Under the pieces are notes generated by a model, which had not been told where the DNA came from, searched no databases, and was given only the letters and a program-made list of their open reading frames with translations. Of a stretch of 64,000 nt of DNA, positions 31,571 through 41,743 are shown in pieces. A program made the position numbers and the translations under genes. The first letter of the stretch is position 1. Each line of letters begins with the position of its first letter. Location: the IMG/VR virus record IMGVR_UViG_3300046779_001412, positions 32,001 through 96,000 of that record. One strand, 5' to 3'. The DNA is from a virus.

Positions 31571-32524
31571 AATGAACCTTTGGTTTAAAAACCAATCAAG
31601 ATATATTTCAATACCTTGCTCGATATCAACTGTGGGCATCCAACCTAGTTCTTTTAGTTTAGAACTGTCTAGTGTGTCACGATTTGGGTAGAAATCGTCG
31701 GCGGGTTTGTATTCTACTCTACACAGAATTCGCTGACGTATTATTTCTGCTGCCTCACTGATTGTACGTCCATTACCGCGTGTGCAGTTATAGATTTCGT
31801 TGGCCGCGCGGTCGTCTAAAGTAGCAGTAACAAAAGCACTTGCCACATCAGTTACAAAACTAAAATCTAATCTGTTGTCGGCGCCATGAACTTCAATCAC
31901 ACGATCAGTTAGAGCTGCCACAGTCATTTTTGATATCACACGCACTACCATGTCGCGTGGACCATACAACGCACTAGGACGCAGAATAGTGTAGTTTAGG
32001 CCGTACTCTTTGTGCCATATCTTACACATTCGTTCGGTTTGCAATTTGTAACTGCCATACAGAGTAAGAGGATCGCACAGTGATTCTTCATTAGGTTGTC
32101 CATTAAACTTGTTAAAATCACCATATACCATGGAACTGCTGGCTAGAACAAATCTATCTACTTTGTATTTTACACATAATTCCAGAGCCAAAGCAGTTGC
32201 CGCAACCATGTTAACTGTAGCATCAACTACATTTTTCTTTACCATCTTGGCATTGGGATACGTGGCAAGATCAATCACACGCTCAGGTTGAACTTCCATA
32301 AAAACACGATTCATAAAATCAGAATCTGTCACATCACCAAACCAGATGCCATGATCTCCAATGTAATCAACCCGCTGTTTCATGACTGCATCAAATTCCC
32401 ATTTAGGATACTCACCGTAGTCATGATGACAGTCAACTACATGTACGTTATGTCCTTGATCCAACAGCATCTTGGTTGTATGATGTCCAATAAAACCGTG
32501 ACCACCAAGTACGAGTATTTTCAT
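31559..32524 (-). CDS. NAD-dependent epimerase/dehydratase (extended SDR)
   Basis: GGHGFIG, SSSMVYG and YGSYK catalytic motif. Confidence 0.92.
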   Translation of the reverse strand: MKILVLGGHGFIGHHTTKMLLDQGHNVHVVDCHHDYGEYPKWEFDAVMKQRVDYIGDHGIWFGDVTDSDFMNRVFMEVQPERVIDLATYPNAKMVKKNVVDATVNMVAATALALELCVKYKVDRFVLASSSMVYGDFNKFNGQPNEESLCDPLTLYGSYKLQTERMCKIWHKEYGLNYTILRPSALYGPRDMVVRVISKMTVAALTDRVIEVHGADNRLDFSFVTDVASAFVTATLDDRAANEIYNCTRGNGRTISEAAEIIRQRILCRVEYKPADDFYPNRDTLDSSKLKELGWMPTVDIEQGIEIYLDWFLNQRFISKF

Positions 32525-33564
32525 TTCAGTGCCTTTGCTATGTGTTCTACTTCTTCGTCAGTGAGAGAATGTTGATTTGGAACTGTAAAAGAGACTTCTT
32601 TAAGTTGTGAGCTTGCGTGTAGTTCATTGAAACTCTTGTACAAAGGCTCGTCATTTATCAAATTGTTGTAATGTACAGTAGTAGAAACATTGTGATCTAA
32701 CAAATGTTGCAAGTAGCCATCACGATCAAAACTTTGAAATACTAATTTTTGATGTCCATGTTTGATGATTGTTTGGTCAGTGGCTGCAGGCAATTTACAA
32801 GCAGATATCAAATGGTTGGCTATGTGTTGTCGACGATCGCGCCATTGTTCAGATCTATCCAGTGCAGCCCAAATGCATGCAGCTTCAAATCCACTGATCA
32901 TTGAGTTCATTCCAGCATGATACGATGTGTGTTGTTTGTTATACCTACCATGCAACCGTAATGCTTTGGCTTTAAGAGCAACTTCAATATCATCAGTGAA
33001 CAGTGCACCACCACTACCCCAACTAGATATAGGTTTACTTGGACTAAAGCTCACGCAACTGATATCACCAAAGCTGGCACTGTATGCGCCATGCCAGCTT
33101 TCCATGCTCTGTGCAGCATCGTTTATGACGGGAATGTTGAGCTTTTGCAGTGCACTCCAGTCGCTCATGTTGCCAAACATGTCTGCTACCACAACAGCGC
33201 GAGCAGTGGTAGGTATTTGGCTTGCATCAATACAGTAATTAGAGTTAACATCAACTGGGTGTACACGATATCCTGCTCGAGCAACAGCATGAGCAGTGGC
33301 CACAAAGGTATAGTTAGACACGGCTACAACACTGCCCGAAGGCAAGTTCAAACAAGTTAATGCAATAATCAATGCGTCAGTGCAACTAGCAGTGGTAACA
33401 CAGTATCTACGATTGTAAAGTTCTGCCAAACGTTGTTCAAGCTTGCCTACCAGACGTGTGTTCTGTGCCTGACCATTGGCACTGTCTTGATCAACAAGAT
33501 CAAAAACTTGGTTGCGTATTTGTTGCCAGTTGCGCTCGTTTTGGAACAAAGCAATTTTATTCAC
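32521..33564 (-). CDS. DegT/DnrJ/EryC1/StrS PLP-dependent sugar aminotransferase
   Basis: SCTDAL, YTFVATA, DAAQS, SFSPSKPISSWGSGGA. Confidence 0.9.
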   Translation of the reverse strand: MNKIALFQNERNWQQIRNQVFDLVDQDSANGQAQNTRLVGKLEQRLAELYNRRYCVTTASCTDALIIALTCLNLPSGSVVAVSNYTFVATAHAVARAGYRVHPVDVNSNYCIDASQIPTTARAVVVADMFGNMSDWSALQKLNIPVINDAAQSMESWHGAYSASFGDISCVSFSPSKPISSWGSGGALFTDDIEVALKAKALRLHGRYNKQHTSYHAGMNSMISGFEAACIWAALDRSEQWRDRRQHIANHLISACKLPAATDQTIIKHGHQKLVFQSFDRDGYLQHLLDHNVSTTVHYNNLINDEPLYKSFNELHASSQLKEVSFTVPNQHSLTDEEVEHIAKALK

Positions 33565-34186
33565 AGTGACTCACTAGATCAAAGTTTTCAGCATACTTGA
33601 ATCCATGTTTGACTCCTGATGCCATGTTATCTCTGCGAATGTTTTCAATAGCATCATAATCCAAGTAACTGCTGTAACACTCTAGCAATTGTTGTTTGAA
33701 GTCCCAGTGATCACTGATGTCTATTGTGATACGTGGCTGCGAACGATGCCAAGCACGATATGGCCAATGACACATGGTCCATATCTCACGGGCACGATTT
33801 TTCAACAGCGGAAATGCCAAGTCGTATGTGGATCTGTGATCTTGATGACTGTCTTCGGGACTTGGTAATATTGCCAAGTCACAATCGCTGATGTATTTGC
33901 TCATCTCAGTCATGGTGATGTTGTTGCATACTAAATTTGGACGACCGTTAGAGTGTAAATCTGTTTTCATGACCGAACATTTCCAGCCGCTGATGTCATA
34001 ACTGGTGTGTAGTTCTTGCCAAACTATTCGATCGCTGCGTTTACGATTGTCCTCAACACTGGGACGCACAGCAACGATACTGGTAATCTCGGCTCCTTGC
34101 AGTTGCCAACGACGTAGCGAACCTGCGCAAGCAATTTCAACATCGTCAGGGTGTGCTGATACTACTGTTATTTTTTGTCGGGCCAT
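33557..34186 (-). CDS. PIG-L/LmbE family de-N-acetylase
   Basis: SAHPDDVEIACAG and DSHQDH motifs. Confidence 0.88.
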   Translation of the reverse strand: MARQKITVVSAHPDDVEIACAGSLRRWQLQGAEITSIVAVRPSVEDNRKRSDRIVWQELHTSYDISGWKCSVMKTDLHSNGRPNLVCNNITMTEMSKYISDCDLAILPSPEDSHQDHRSTYDLAFPLLKNRAREIWTMCHWPYRAWHRSQPRITIDISDHWDFKQQLLECYSSYLDYDAIENIRRDNMASGVKHGFKYAENFDLVSHCE

Positions 34187-34413
34187 CTTAGTAAGTATTC
34201 TGTGATTTCAAGCGGATTGTCAATACTGCCAGTGATAGCCACATGATGTCCAAAATTGCTATAATCTGACACAGTTTGCCAGGCTAGATCCTTGCAACGT
34301 TCCGTAACCCAGCGGCCTTGTTCAGTTTTCTGCCATGCATCTATTGGGTAACTAGCATAGATCTCTATATCTTCAACGTCGCCCATCTTGAATGTATGAA
34401 AAGTAAATTTCAT
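34168..34413 (-). CDS. Hypothetical protein
   Basis: 81 aa, coupled to both neighbours. Confidence 0.6.
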   Translation of the reverse strand: MKFTFHTFKMGDVEDIEIYASYPIDAWQKTEQGRWVTERCKDLAWQTVSDYSNFGHHVAITGSIDNPLEITEYLLRWPDKK

Positions 34414-35060
34414 TGTGCTATAATTTTCAAAAAGTTTTCAGCAAAAATTTTATGTTGTGCAGGACCTGGATGCATGTTATCTGTACCAAGATCAATCCAA
34501 GTTTTAGGGCCTCGGCAAACTTGATGAAATTCTCTTATCTTATAAAGTTGATCAGCTTGTTCTACGTCATATATTACACTGAGCACTATTAAACGTGCAC
34601 CAACTGCCTGGCAAAAGTTTTCAGCTCTTCGCACAGCCTGTATGTTATGATACACTAAAGTGGTGCTCAACAGCAAGTCTATTGGAAACTCTTGATTTAT
34701 TTCAGCATGTAATTTATACTCGCCAGGGGTAAGATGGAACAGTTGATTGTTTCGTATTACCGGCAATCTGGGTTGTGTGGTCAATGCCCATAATATTAAA
34801 TCATCTTGCCTAATCTGACTCTGGCATATTTGATCACTTTGCCACAATATGCTACTGCCTTCTGCACATAGATCTGTGTAGGGTAAGTTCAGCGTGCAAC
34901 TAACACATTCTTTCCATGTTTGATCAAGTGCCACACCTACTCCAACTGTGACACTGCATCCAACTGCCCAAAACTGCCGGTTGGCAACTCTAGGGCTTCC
35001 TGATTTTATATGAGAAATTGCTTGATAGTGAGCTGCATGACCAAGATCCAGGTTGGGCAT
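34410..35060 (-). CDS. SGNH-hydrolase-like protein (possible acyl esterase/transferase)
   Basis: AVGCSVTVG block I and C-terminal DNMHPG. Confidence 0.6.
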   Translation of the reverse strand: MPNLDLGHAAHYQAISHIKSGSPRVANRQFWAVGCSVTVGVGVALDQTWKECVSCTLNLPYTDLCAEGSSILWQSDQICQSQIRQDDLILWALTTQPRLPVIRNNQLFHLTPGEYKLHAEINQEFPIDLLLSTTLVYHNIQAVRRAENFCQAVGARLIVLSVIYDVEQADQLYKIREFHQVCRGPKTWIDLGTDNMHPGPAQHKIFAENFLKIIAQ

Positions 35061-35069
35061 GTCTTAACC

Positions 35070-35720
35070 TTATTGATAACTGATCAACGGGAAGATTTTG
35101 GCAATAACTTCAGCACAGGCCAAAGCTATTTCTTGATGTTCTTTTTGAGTGCCATGAGCACGACGTAGATCAATGTAATGCACCCACGAACGCAATGTGC
35201 CGTTCATGTATAATCTGCTTTCGATTAATCCTTCTGGTAAAACAGCACGAGCTTGTTCTTTGGCAATACCGTTTTCAATAGCCCAGTTATAGGCCATACG
35301 TGCTTCGGTAATAACATTGTTCTGCCACCGACGCCATTGCTGTTGTAAGTCGTCATCGTTGGTTTCTATGCTGTTCTGTCGATTAGTAGTGTCCTGGAGT
35401 CGTGCCTCTCTATACACAAAGTCAAGGTCTTTTGTTGGATCAGCGTAACGTTGACTAAATTCTTGAAAGCTAAAACTACGATGTCTCAACATCTGCCGGG
35501 CAATGTCGCGTGTGGTATGAATTTCAAGACAAGCTGAAACCATTTCCAATGGACTCCAGTGTTGATGTTTGATCAAATAGCGAATAAGTTTTTCGCTGGT
35601 TTCACTATTGGTTTGGTTACTTGGATTACTCACACGAGCGCAAAAGGCAATGAGCTCTTGCGCATCTAGCACACCCGGAATATCAACCGGCTGACTATAG
35701 CTAATTAATTTAACTTTCAT
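35070..35720 (-). CDS. thyX: FAD-dependent thymidylate synthase
   Basis: HWSPLE, RHRSFSFQEFSQRY, AKEQARAVLP. Confidence 0.95.
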   Translation of the reverse strand: MKVKLISYSQPVDIPGVLDAQELIAFCARVSNPSNQTNSETSEKLIRYLIKHQHWSPLEMVSACLEIHTTRDIARQMLRHRSFSFQEFSQRYADPTKDLDFVYREARLQDTTNRQNSIETNDDDLQQQWRRWQNNVITEARMAYNWAIENGIAKEQARAVLPEGLIESRLYMNGTLRSWVHYIDLRRAHGTQKEHQEIALACAEVIAKIFPLISYQ

Positions 35721-36025
35721 TGAAGTCCGTTTAGGATTTTGTTGGTGTGTGGTTGGACCATCTCTGCTACTGCTGGAATATCAAGCACAAACTCTACATC
35801 ATGTACGTCGTCGCTGAGTTCGGCTAACTGTCTTGTAATCAAGATCTCAATTTCCTCCAAGGCCAGACCTTGCTTTTTCAAGGTCTGGAAGTTGATGGTT
35901 TTGCGTCGTCGTCCGTCTAGTCTGATTATGACTTTTTTAATGCATTCCAAGGGCACTGCTGTTTTTTCATCAATACCTGAAATGATGTGCTCCCAACGGG
36001 AAAGGAAATCATCACTGAGATTCAT
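35717..36025 (-). CDS. Hypothetical protein
   Basis: 102 aa, coupled to thyX. Confidence 0.6.
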   Translation of the reverse strand: MNLSDDFLSRWEHIISGIDEKTAVPLECIKKVIIRLDGRRRKTINFQTLKKQGLALEEIEILITRQLAELSDDVHDVEFVLDIPAVAEMVQPHTNKILNGLQ

Positions 36026-36722
36026 GAGCCACTGCTACCTGTTTTTTTGGTCGTCCAACTGGACGTGGTTTGGTGGCGGTGGTATCTTGGGGTATCTCCT
36101 TGGGAAAAGCATTGGGATATAAATTTTCAGCTTCTTTTTTCATGCGTTTGGCCTCGGCTACCATACTATGTGCTTCCAGCTCCATGCGTTTGGCCTGTGC
36201 TAACATATTGTTTGCAATATCTTGATCACTTAGTGCTGAGTTGTTACTGGCCTGCACAGGTGCCTGTGCTGTTCTACTGGCCTTGTATTCAGCTTCAGCC
36301 GCTCGCTTGGTTGGAGCATCAACAAGCCCACGGTTGGCATCTGCAGCCGCAAGTTTTTTTCTAGCTTCGTCACCGGTTTTCATTTCAGCCAACATCTTGT
36401 TGAGTTCATCAAGACGCACAGTGCTGGAAGTGGTAGGAGTCATGATGATCTGTTCGGTATTGACTTTTTTCAACATACCTTCACGATGTAGTGTTTCAAG
36501 AATGTTACGTCCATCAGGCAGTAGATTACGATGCAGTGCGTCTGCAAACTCTTCTGCTTGTTGTCCAACATCGCTTTCTAGTACTTTCATTATAGAGTCA
36601 TGCCAATGTGCAGGCAAGGTTTCTGGATAGATAACCAAGCACATATGATCCATGCCTGGAATAGTGCGGAATACCACAGCCGCCTTACGGTCATTGTGTC
36701 TTCCAATGTGTTTCATAAACAT
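36012..36722 (-). CDS. Hypothetical protein with coiled-coil C-terminus
   Basis: 236 aa; SD GGAG; terminal RPVGRPKK AT-hook-like motif. Confidence 0.7.
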   Translation of the reverse strand: MFMKHIGRHNDRKAAVVFRTIPGMDHMCLVIYPETLPAHWHDSIMKVLESDVGQQAEEFADALHRNLLPDGRNILETLHREGMLKKVNTEQIIMTPTTSSTVRLDELNKMLAEMKTGDEARKKLAAADANRGLVDAPTKRAAEAEYKASRTAQAPVQASNNSALSDQDIANNMLAQAKRMELEAHSMVAEAKRMKKEAENLYPNAFPKEIPQDTTATKPRPVGRPKKQVAVAHESQ

Positions 36723-36723
36723 G

Positions 36724-36978
36724 TTATTCTCCTTGTGTGGGTGCTTCAGTTACTGGCGCATCAGCTTGCTGTGGATTTTCTACATGCTGTAAAAAGGCAC
36801 TCAAACGATTAAATGCTGTACCCACTGTCTGCATTTCTTCTGCTTTGAAAGCACCACGACTACTGGCCAATTGGATACAGGAACGTAGCACCTGTAGATC
36901 TTGAATGTTTACTGATGGCGGTTCCTGCTGTTCTGAGACGTGTGTGTCTGTTGTTTGTTCGGTTGTTGTTTGTTCCAT
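36724..36978 (-). CDS. Hypothetical protein
   Basis: Start reassigned to MEQTTTEQ after SD GGGAG; contains ASSRGAFKAEEM. Confidence 0.7.
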   Translation of the reverse strand: MEQTTTEQTTDTHVSEQQEPPSVNIQDLQVLRSCIQLASSRGAFKAEEMQTVGTAFNRLSAFLQHVENPQQADAPVTEAPTQGE

Positions 36979-37007
36979 TATTTTCTCCCTATAGATATTT
37001 AACCAAG

Positions 37008-37036
37008 AAAAAACCGCAGATGTAAAATCTGCGGTG
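37008..37036 (-). terminator. Rho-independent terminator
   Basis: ACCGCAGA/TCTGCGGT stem with a T-run on the minus strand. Confidence 0.7.
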
Positions 37037-37052
37037 GTTTTGGCAAAATTAA

Positions 37053-38318
37053 TCAGCTTTTGCTGGGCTGTTCGTAGTAAGCGTATTGTCCCCAGGGAGG
37101 CACAATCTCCTTGGTACCGTGCAAGATCCACAGAGTGTCTGCATAGTTTTCGTCACCCCAGGATCCAAATGGATAGCCATCTGTGAACACCACCAAACGC
37201 TTGGGTTCAATGTGTTCTTTCTTAAGGTACTCAAACACACAGTCAAAGTCAGTGCCACCACCGCCATCAATTTCATAGTCACATATAGTATCTAAATTGT
37301 CTGATGTATAGGTCACCGGATTGTAGGCTTCGGTATCAAATGTGATGACATGTATGCGGAATGCTTGGAACTGATCCATGATGCCTTGTACCTCGCTAAG
37401 GAAGTCTCGCAGCATGGTCTCGCCTATAGATCCTGACGCATCAATCGCAACCGCAATATCAATCTGCTCGTCGTTACGCATGCCAGGCATGATAGCATCC
37501 ATGTGCCAGCCCTTGCGACTTGCTCGCATCCAACTAAAGTCACTCTTGATTGTGCTTTCTAAATTGAGCCGCAGCAGTTCGCGCCAGTTCAGCGCAGGCT
37601 CAGTTAAGTCTTTGATCAGACGTCGGACACCAAGCGGAATGTTACCAGCTTCGGAGGTGCTAGCGGCATTAAGCACTGCTTCTTTAATTTCGTCACGGAT
37701 CTTAGCACGTTCTTCGTCACTGATCTTGGGACGACCTTTACCATCTTCATCGCCATCCGCACCAAGACCGTCCATGTGATCATCTAGGAGTTTGTCAATC
37801 AATCCTTCTAGATCTAGTTTTTCTGCGTTTTCATAAAGCAGGTCATATACTTCCTCTGAACTCTTGCCGTCATACTTTGAATCATACAAACAGGGCACAG
37901 TGGTGATAAACTGTCCAACGTTATGTTTCTTAAGGTCAGAGTTCACGCAGTAGTCGTTGGCAATATTCCATAACTGCGGATCGCGAGATCCACGACGTCC
38001 AAAGTGATCGTAAACCACGTGCAACACCTCGTGTCCAAACAAAAACTCAAGCTCGCGTGGTGATAACATCTTGATAAACTCGGAATTGAAATAAAAGTTG
38101 CGACCGTCTGTAGCAGCAGTGGAGCACCATTCATTAGCAGGAACCAATTTTAGTCGGGTAGCCAGGTTGCCAAAAAAGCTCGACTTCAGCAACAAGCCAA
38201 TCCTAGCGGTTCTTAGCAATTCAATGACATTTTCTAGTTCTTGTCCTTTGGGATTTGGGCCAATCAAATCACGGAACTTGCTGCTGATTTCTTTCTTGTT
38301 TTCTGTAGTCTGTGCCAT
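37053..38318 (-). CDS. Metallopeptidase-like + VWA domain protein
   Basis: TAATDG, HEVLH, AIDASGS, GGGGTDF, FTDGY. Start reassigned to MAQTTE after SD GGAG. Confidence 0.88.
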   Translation of the reverse strand: MAQTTENKKEISSKFRDLIGPNPKGQELENVIELLRTARIGLLLKSSFFGNLATRLKLVPANEWCSTAATDGRNFYFNSEFIKMLSPRELEFLFGHEVLHVVYDHFGRRGSRDPQLWNIANDYCVNSDLKKHNVGQFITTVPCLYDSKYDGKSSEEVYDLLYENAEKLDLEGLIDKLLDDHMDGLGADGDEDGKGRPKISDEERAKIRDEIKEAVLNAASTSEAGNIPLGVRRLIKDLTEPALNWRELLRLNLESTIKSDFSWMRASRKGWHMDAIMPGMRNDEQIDIAVAIDASGSIGETMLRDFLSEVQGIMDQFQAFRIHVITFDTEAYNPVTYTSDNLDTICDYEIDGGGGTDFDCVFEYLKKEHIEPKRLVVFTDGYPFGSWGDENYADTLWILHGTKEIVPPWGQYAYYEQPSKS

Positions 38319-38343
38319 ATACGCTCCTAGTAACAATATCAAT

Positions 38344-38372
38344 ATTATACATAATAATGAATTACTGGTCAA
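38344..38372 (-). promoter_or_regulatory. sigma70-type early promoter
   Basis: TTGACC-N17-TATAAT. Confidence 0.8.
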
Positions 38373-38757
38373 CCTTGTGCGCTAACTTGAAAAACGCAAC
38401 TTCTTTGTCGGTTGCACAGTATATTCTTAGATCTCCGCCATCGCGTCCATTGGTCCAACTCCAATGCTCACTTACAATGTCTTTTGGGAGTTCATCACTT
38501 TGTACCGGCATTGGTAATCGTTTGCGCCAAAGAGTAGCAGCGGCTTGAGTAAAATTGTAGTAAGAAACAATATCTACCCATGCTCTAACTTCTGCACTGT
38601 AGCCATAGGTTTTTTCAAACCATTGTTTGGCTCGGTTGAATTCAATAGCTCTAAGAGCTGCACTGGATTGACCAGTTATTTCAATCATGTAGGAAAAGTA
38701 CGTGTTGTAATTAAACCTAGCATCTAGCTTAGAAACTTTAAATTTAGATATTGGCAT
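38362..38757 (-). CDS. Hypothetical protein
   Basis: ORF in the minus-strand block. Confidence 0.6.
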   Translation of the reverse strand: MPISKFKVSKLDARFNYNTYFSYMIEITGQSSAALRAIEFNRAKQWFEKTYGYSAEVRAWVDIVSYYNFTQAAATLWRKRLPMPVQSDELPKDIVSEHWSWTNGRDGGDLRIYCATDKEVAFFKLAHKVDQ

Positions 38758-38992
38758 GGGCTTCACCAAGATATTTAAGACAAAAGATCAATGCATCGTT
38801 CCTGTCTCTAATATAAAAATTAAGTTGCCAGTTATTGTCGTGATTTTCATCAGCTGGCACTTTGAAAAACCAACGCGGTGATTCACCATACGTAGGTCCA
38901 AATTCCTTACGCAAACTTTCAAGCATTTCACTTACCTGTTTATGACTGTAAGGCGTAAAGGTTTTTCTAATAACAATATATTCTTCGAACAT
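38744..38992 (-). CDS. Hypothetical protein
   Basis: 82 aa. Confidence 0.55.
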   Translation of the reverse strand: MFEEYIVIRKTFTPYSHKQVSEMLESLRKEFGPTYGESPRWFFKVPADENHDNNWQLNFYIRDRNDALIFCLKYLGEAHANI

Positions 38993-39016
38993 GCTACACG
39001 GACCTAAATATGCTTG

Positions 39017-39964
39017 ATGTTTGAAATATGTAGACCTTGGGATAGACTCAGTGCTGCTGTTGTTGGCAGCGCATGGAGTCCTGCACGTTTTGATTGGGTA
39101 GAGATCTCACAAATCCGCAGCGAGCTAGAAATTATAGCACAAGAAACCCAAGAAGATCTAGACAACTTGGCTAGTATGTTAACATCTCTGGGCGTTGAAG
39201 TGTATCGACCTAACATGGATCTAGTATCAACTAAGGCACTACCTCCTGTGGCACCACGCGATGATTTGTTGATGTTAAACAGTAGTTTTTGTGTGTTAAA
39301 CAATGAAAGATCTCCTGGTTACCAACATATAGTTGATCTTGTGCAAGAAAAGCATAATCCAGTTATTATACACAACACTCCGGATATACACAGCGCCAAT
39401 GTTTATGATCTTGGCGATTGCATTTATTACAGCGTGGATGATATTCAACATCTTAGCCAATCCGAAAACTGGTTTGCGCAACACTGCCCTGGTCGCAATC
39501 GAAGACGCTATTACAATATTGGACATCTTGATGGCTGGTGGTGTGCTCCTGTACCTGGCATAATTGCAGCCAGTCGTGACCACGCTCAACATGCCTTGCA
39601 ACAACTTTTCTTTCGACACCATTTTCCTGATTGGCAAGTGATTTATCTCAATGAAACTTTTGCTGGAGTTCTTGATAGAACTTGGTGCAGTGATCGTCAT
39701 CCTGCCCACGGTGAATTCGCTATCTGGGCCAACAGCAATATTAGTAGTTGGCTTGGTTGCGCTAGCGAAACTGTGTTTGAAATCAACATGTTGGTTATAG
39801 ATCAAACTCTTGTAATTACTGGACAAGATCATGCTGAACTCCGTAATACATTAAAACAAAAAGGGTGCCACCTTTTAGTAGCACCCTTGCGACATCAAAC
39901 ATTCTGGGATCTGGGCATACACTGTGCCACCGCAGATCTAGCTAGAATTAGGAATTCGCACTAG
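39017..39964 (+). CDS. Second amidinotransferase-like protein
   Basis: WDRLSAAVVG, APRD, GHLDG, FEINMLV, FWDLGIHCATADL; paralog of 26696..27739. Confidence 0.8.
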   Translation: MFEICRPWDRLSAAVVGSAWSPARFDWVEISQIRSELEIIAQETQEDLDNLASMLTSLGVEVYRPNMDLVSTKALPPVAPRDDLLMLNSSFCVLNNERSPGYQHIVDLVQEKHNPVIIHNTPDIHSANVYDLGDCIYYSVDDIQHLSQSENWFAQHCPGRNRRRYYNIGHLDGWWCAPVPGIIAASRDHAQHALQQLFFRHHFPDWQVIYLNETFAGVLDRTWCSDRHPAHGEFAIWANSNISSWLGCASETVFEINMLVIDQTLVITGQDHAELRNTLKQKGCHLLVAPLRHQTFWDLGIHCATADLARIRNSH

Positions 39965-41039
39965 CACTTAAAATGTACTTGCCATAACGCTCATGGAACT
40001 CGTCGAAGTTCTTGAGCTTGCTGGGCTGGAACGGAAGATCATATGTTGTCAGCGCCACACGAGCACCCATCACAACAATCTCAGTTTCAAAATTGTCCAT
40101 CATGAAACGGAAGAAGTTGTCTGCCATGTCATTGAATTTTTTATCATCAACGCCATTACCATGCGCATCCTTTAGTTCATAGCACATTGAAGTAACCAAA
40201 GAGTACATAGCTGACACTTCTTTGACCTTGAGCTCTTTGACTTTGCCAGCAAGAATATCTTCAGGCTTGGGCATCTTAGCAGCTACCTTGCGGTGAGCTG
40301 CAAACTTCACAGCAAGACCTTCTCCAACAGTACCTGCTATTAGGTTGGTTGCAGTGTCATCATCAAGATCCTCGTCCGCAAGAATCTCACTTACAAAGGT
40401 CCACGTGCGCGGTGTTGCAAACGCACGACTAGCAGACTTAGAGTCAAAGTCATACAAATCTTGCTTGGCAAAGCTCAGATAACCAACCACGTCCTGGTGA
40501 ATCTTATTAGCAACTGCCCACTCTTGCCAGCATGCAAAGTCCTGCTTGAGTTCTTGGTGAATAAAACGGTTAGCCAACGGAGTAGGCATGCGATATGTTA
40601 CACCCTTGTCCGACTCACGGTTACCTGCTGCAATCATAACCACGTTGTCAGGTAGTTTATACTTGCCAATGCGCCGATTCAAGATTAACTGATAGGCCGC
40701 TGCCTGTACCGCAGGTGCTGCTGAGTTAAGCTCGTCCAGGAACAATACAACAATAGGATATTGTGATGCTAATTCTTCATCTGGCAAATCAATTGGAGGA
40801 GCCCAGTCCATCTTACCAAGTTCTTTGTTGTAAAACGGAATACCACGAATGTCTGTGGGCTCCATCTGACCCAAGCGAAGGTCAATCATGAAACCACGCA
40901 TGTCGTTGGTTACTTGTGCTACCACATCACTCTTGCCAATACCAGGAGCTCCCCAAAGGAAAATGGGACGCTTCACTGCAAAGGCTTTGTTGATGCTGCG
41001 GCGTGCTTGCTTAATAGTTACGGTACGTGTATCTGACAT
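39948..41039 (-). CDS. MoxR-like AAA+ ATPase
   Basis: Walker A GAPGIGKS, Walker B LFLDE, AAGN, PLANRF, TPRTW. Confidence 0.9.
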   Translation of the reverse strand: MSDTRTVTIKQARRSINKAFAVKRPIFLWGAPGIGKSDVVAQVTNDMRGFMIDLRLGQMEPTDIRGIPFYNKELGKMDWAPPIDLPDEELASQYPIVVLFLDELNSAAPAVQAAAYQLILNRRIGKYKLPDNVVMIAAGNRESDKGVTYRMPTPLANRFIHQELKQDFACWQEWAVANKIHQDVVGYLSFAKQDLYDFDSKSASRAFATPRTWTFVSEILADEDLDDDTATNLIAGTVGEGLAVKFAAHRKVAAKMPKPEDILAGKVKELKVKEVSAMYSLVTSMCYELKDAHGNGVDDKKFNDMADNFFRFMMDNFETEIVVMGARVALTTYDLPFQPSKLKNFDEFHERYGKYILSASANS

Positions 41040-41068
41040 TTTGGCTCCTTGTTAACATTACATCTAGT

Positions 41069-41097
41069 ATTATACAAAAACATGTTTTAATGGTCAA
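41069..41097 (-). promoter_or_regulatory. sigma70-type early promoter
   Basis: TTGACC-N17-TATAAT. Confidence 0.8.
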
Positions 41098-41743
41098 ACA
41101 CTTTCACTCTGTTTAATTGAGTGCTGTCTGTCTTGTGTGCCTTTACTGTGCCATGTATTTGGCACTCTTTGCCAGGCTGCATGGCTTCTTTGAAGGCAAA
41201 AAACACAACATGGTTACAACTGGTTTTGGCAGTGATAAAATTTAGCTGGTACTTTTCACTATATATTGTTCTCACAACGATGATATCACGGGTAATTCGC
41301 TCACCTACTGTGGCCAGTGGTTGGCTGATGGTGTCCTGCAAAAGAGTTTCTTCATAGATACTGTTTTTCCAACGAGGTATCTGGCTTACAATCACATTCA
41401 TGTCTGTGGAATTTTGTCGTTCAAAATTTTCAAGAGTCAGACATTGTATTAATCTATGTTCAAAACCATTCAAGTCAGATTTCAAAGCTCTGAACATGTA
41501 ACGCTTTTGCAAAAACAGTCTGGCATCGCGACCATTGGTGTAATCAAATTCAGTTAATTGTTCTAGGTCTTTTAAACCTTCTAACATCACAGTTCTGCTA
41601 GACTTACGACCTGGACGGGCGTCGCTATCATTGCTGGGATCATAAAGCCACTCATCGTTGCGCAGATATTCGCCGTTGTTAATACGGCAAGCTCGCGCAG
41701 CCGCTGCCCAAACCTGATCAGCTGTCCATGTGGTTTTGTTCAT
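41087..41743 (-). CDS. Hypothetical protein with C-terminal OB-fold-like segment
   Basis: 218 aa; ends IHGTVKAH...TQLNRVK. Confidence 0.65.
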   Translation of the reverse strand: MNKTTWTADQVWAAAARACRINNGEYLRNDEWLYDPSNDSDARPGRKSSRTVMLEGLKDLEQLTEFDYTNGRDARLFLQKRYMFRALKSDLNGFEHRLIQCLTLENFERQNSTDMNVIVSQIPRWKNSIYEETLLQDTISQPLATVGERITRDIIVVRTIYSEKYQLNFITAKTSCNHVVFFAFKEAMQPGKECQIHGTVKAHKTDSTQLNRVKVFDH

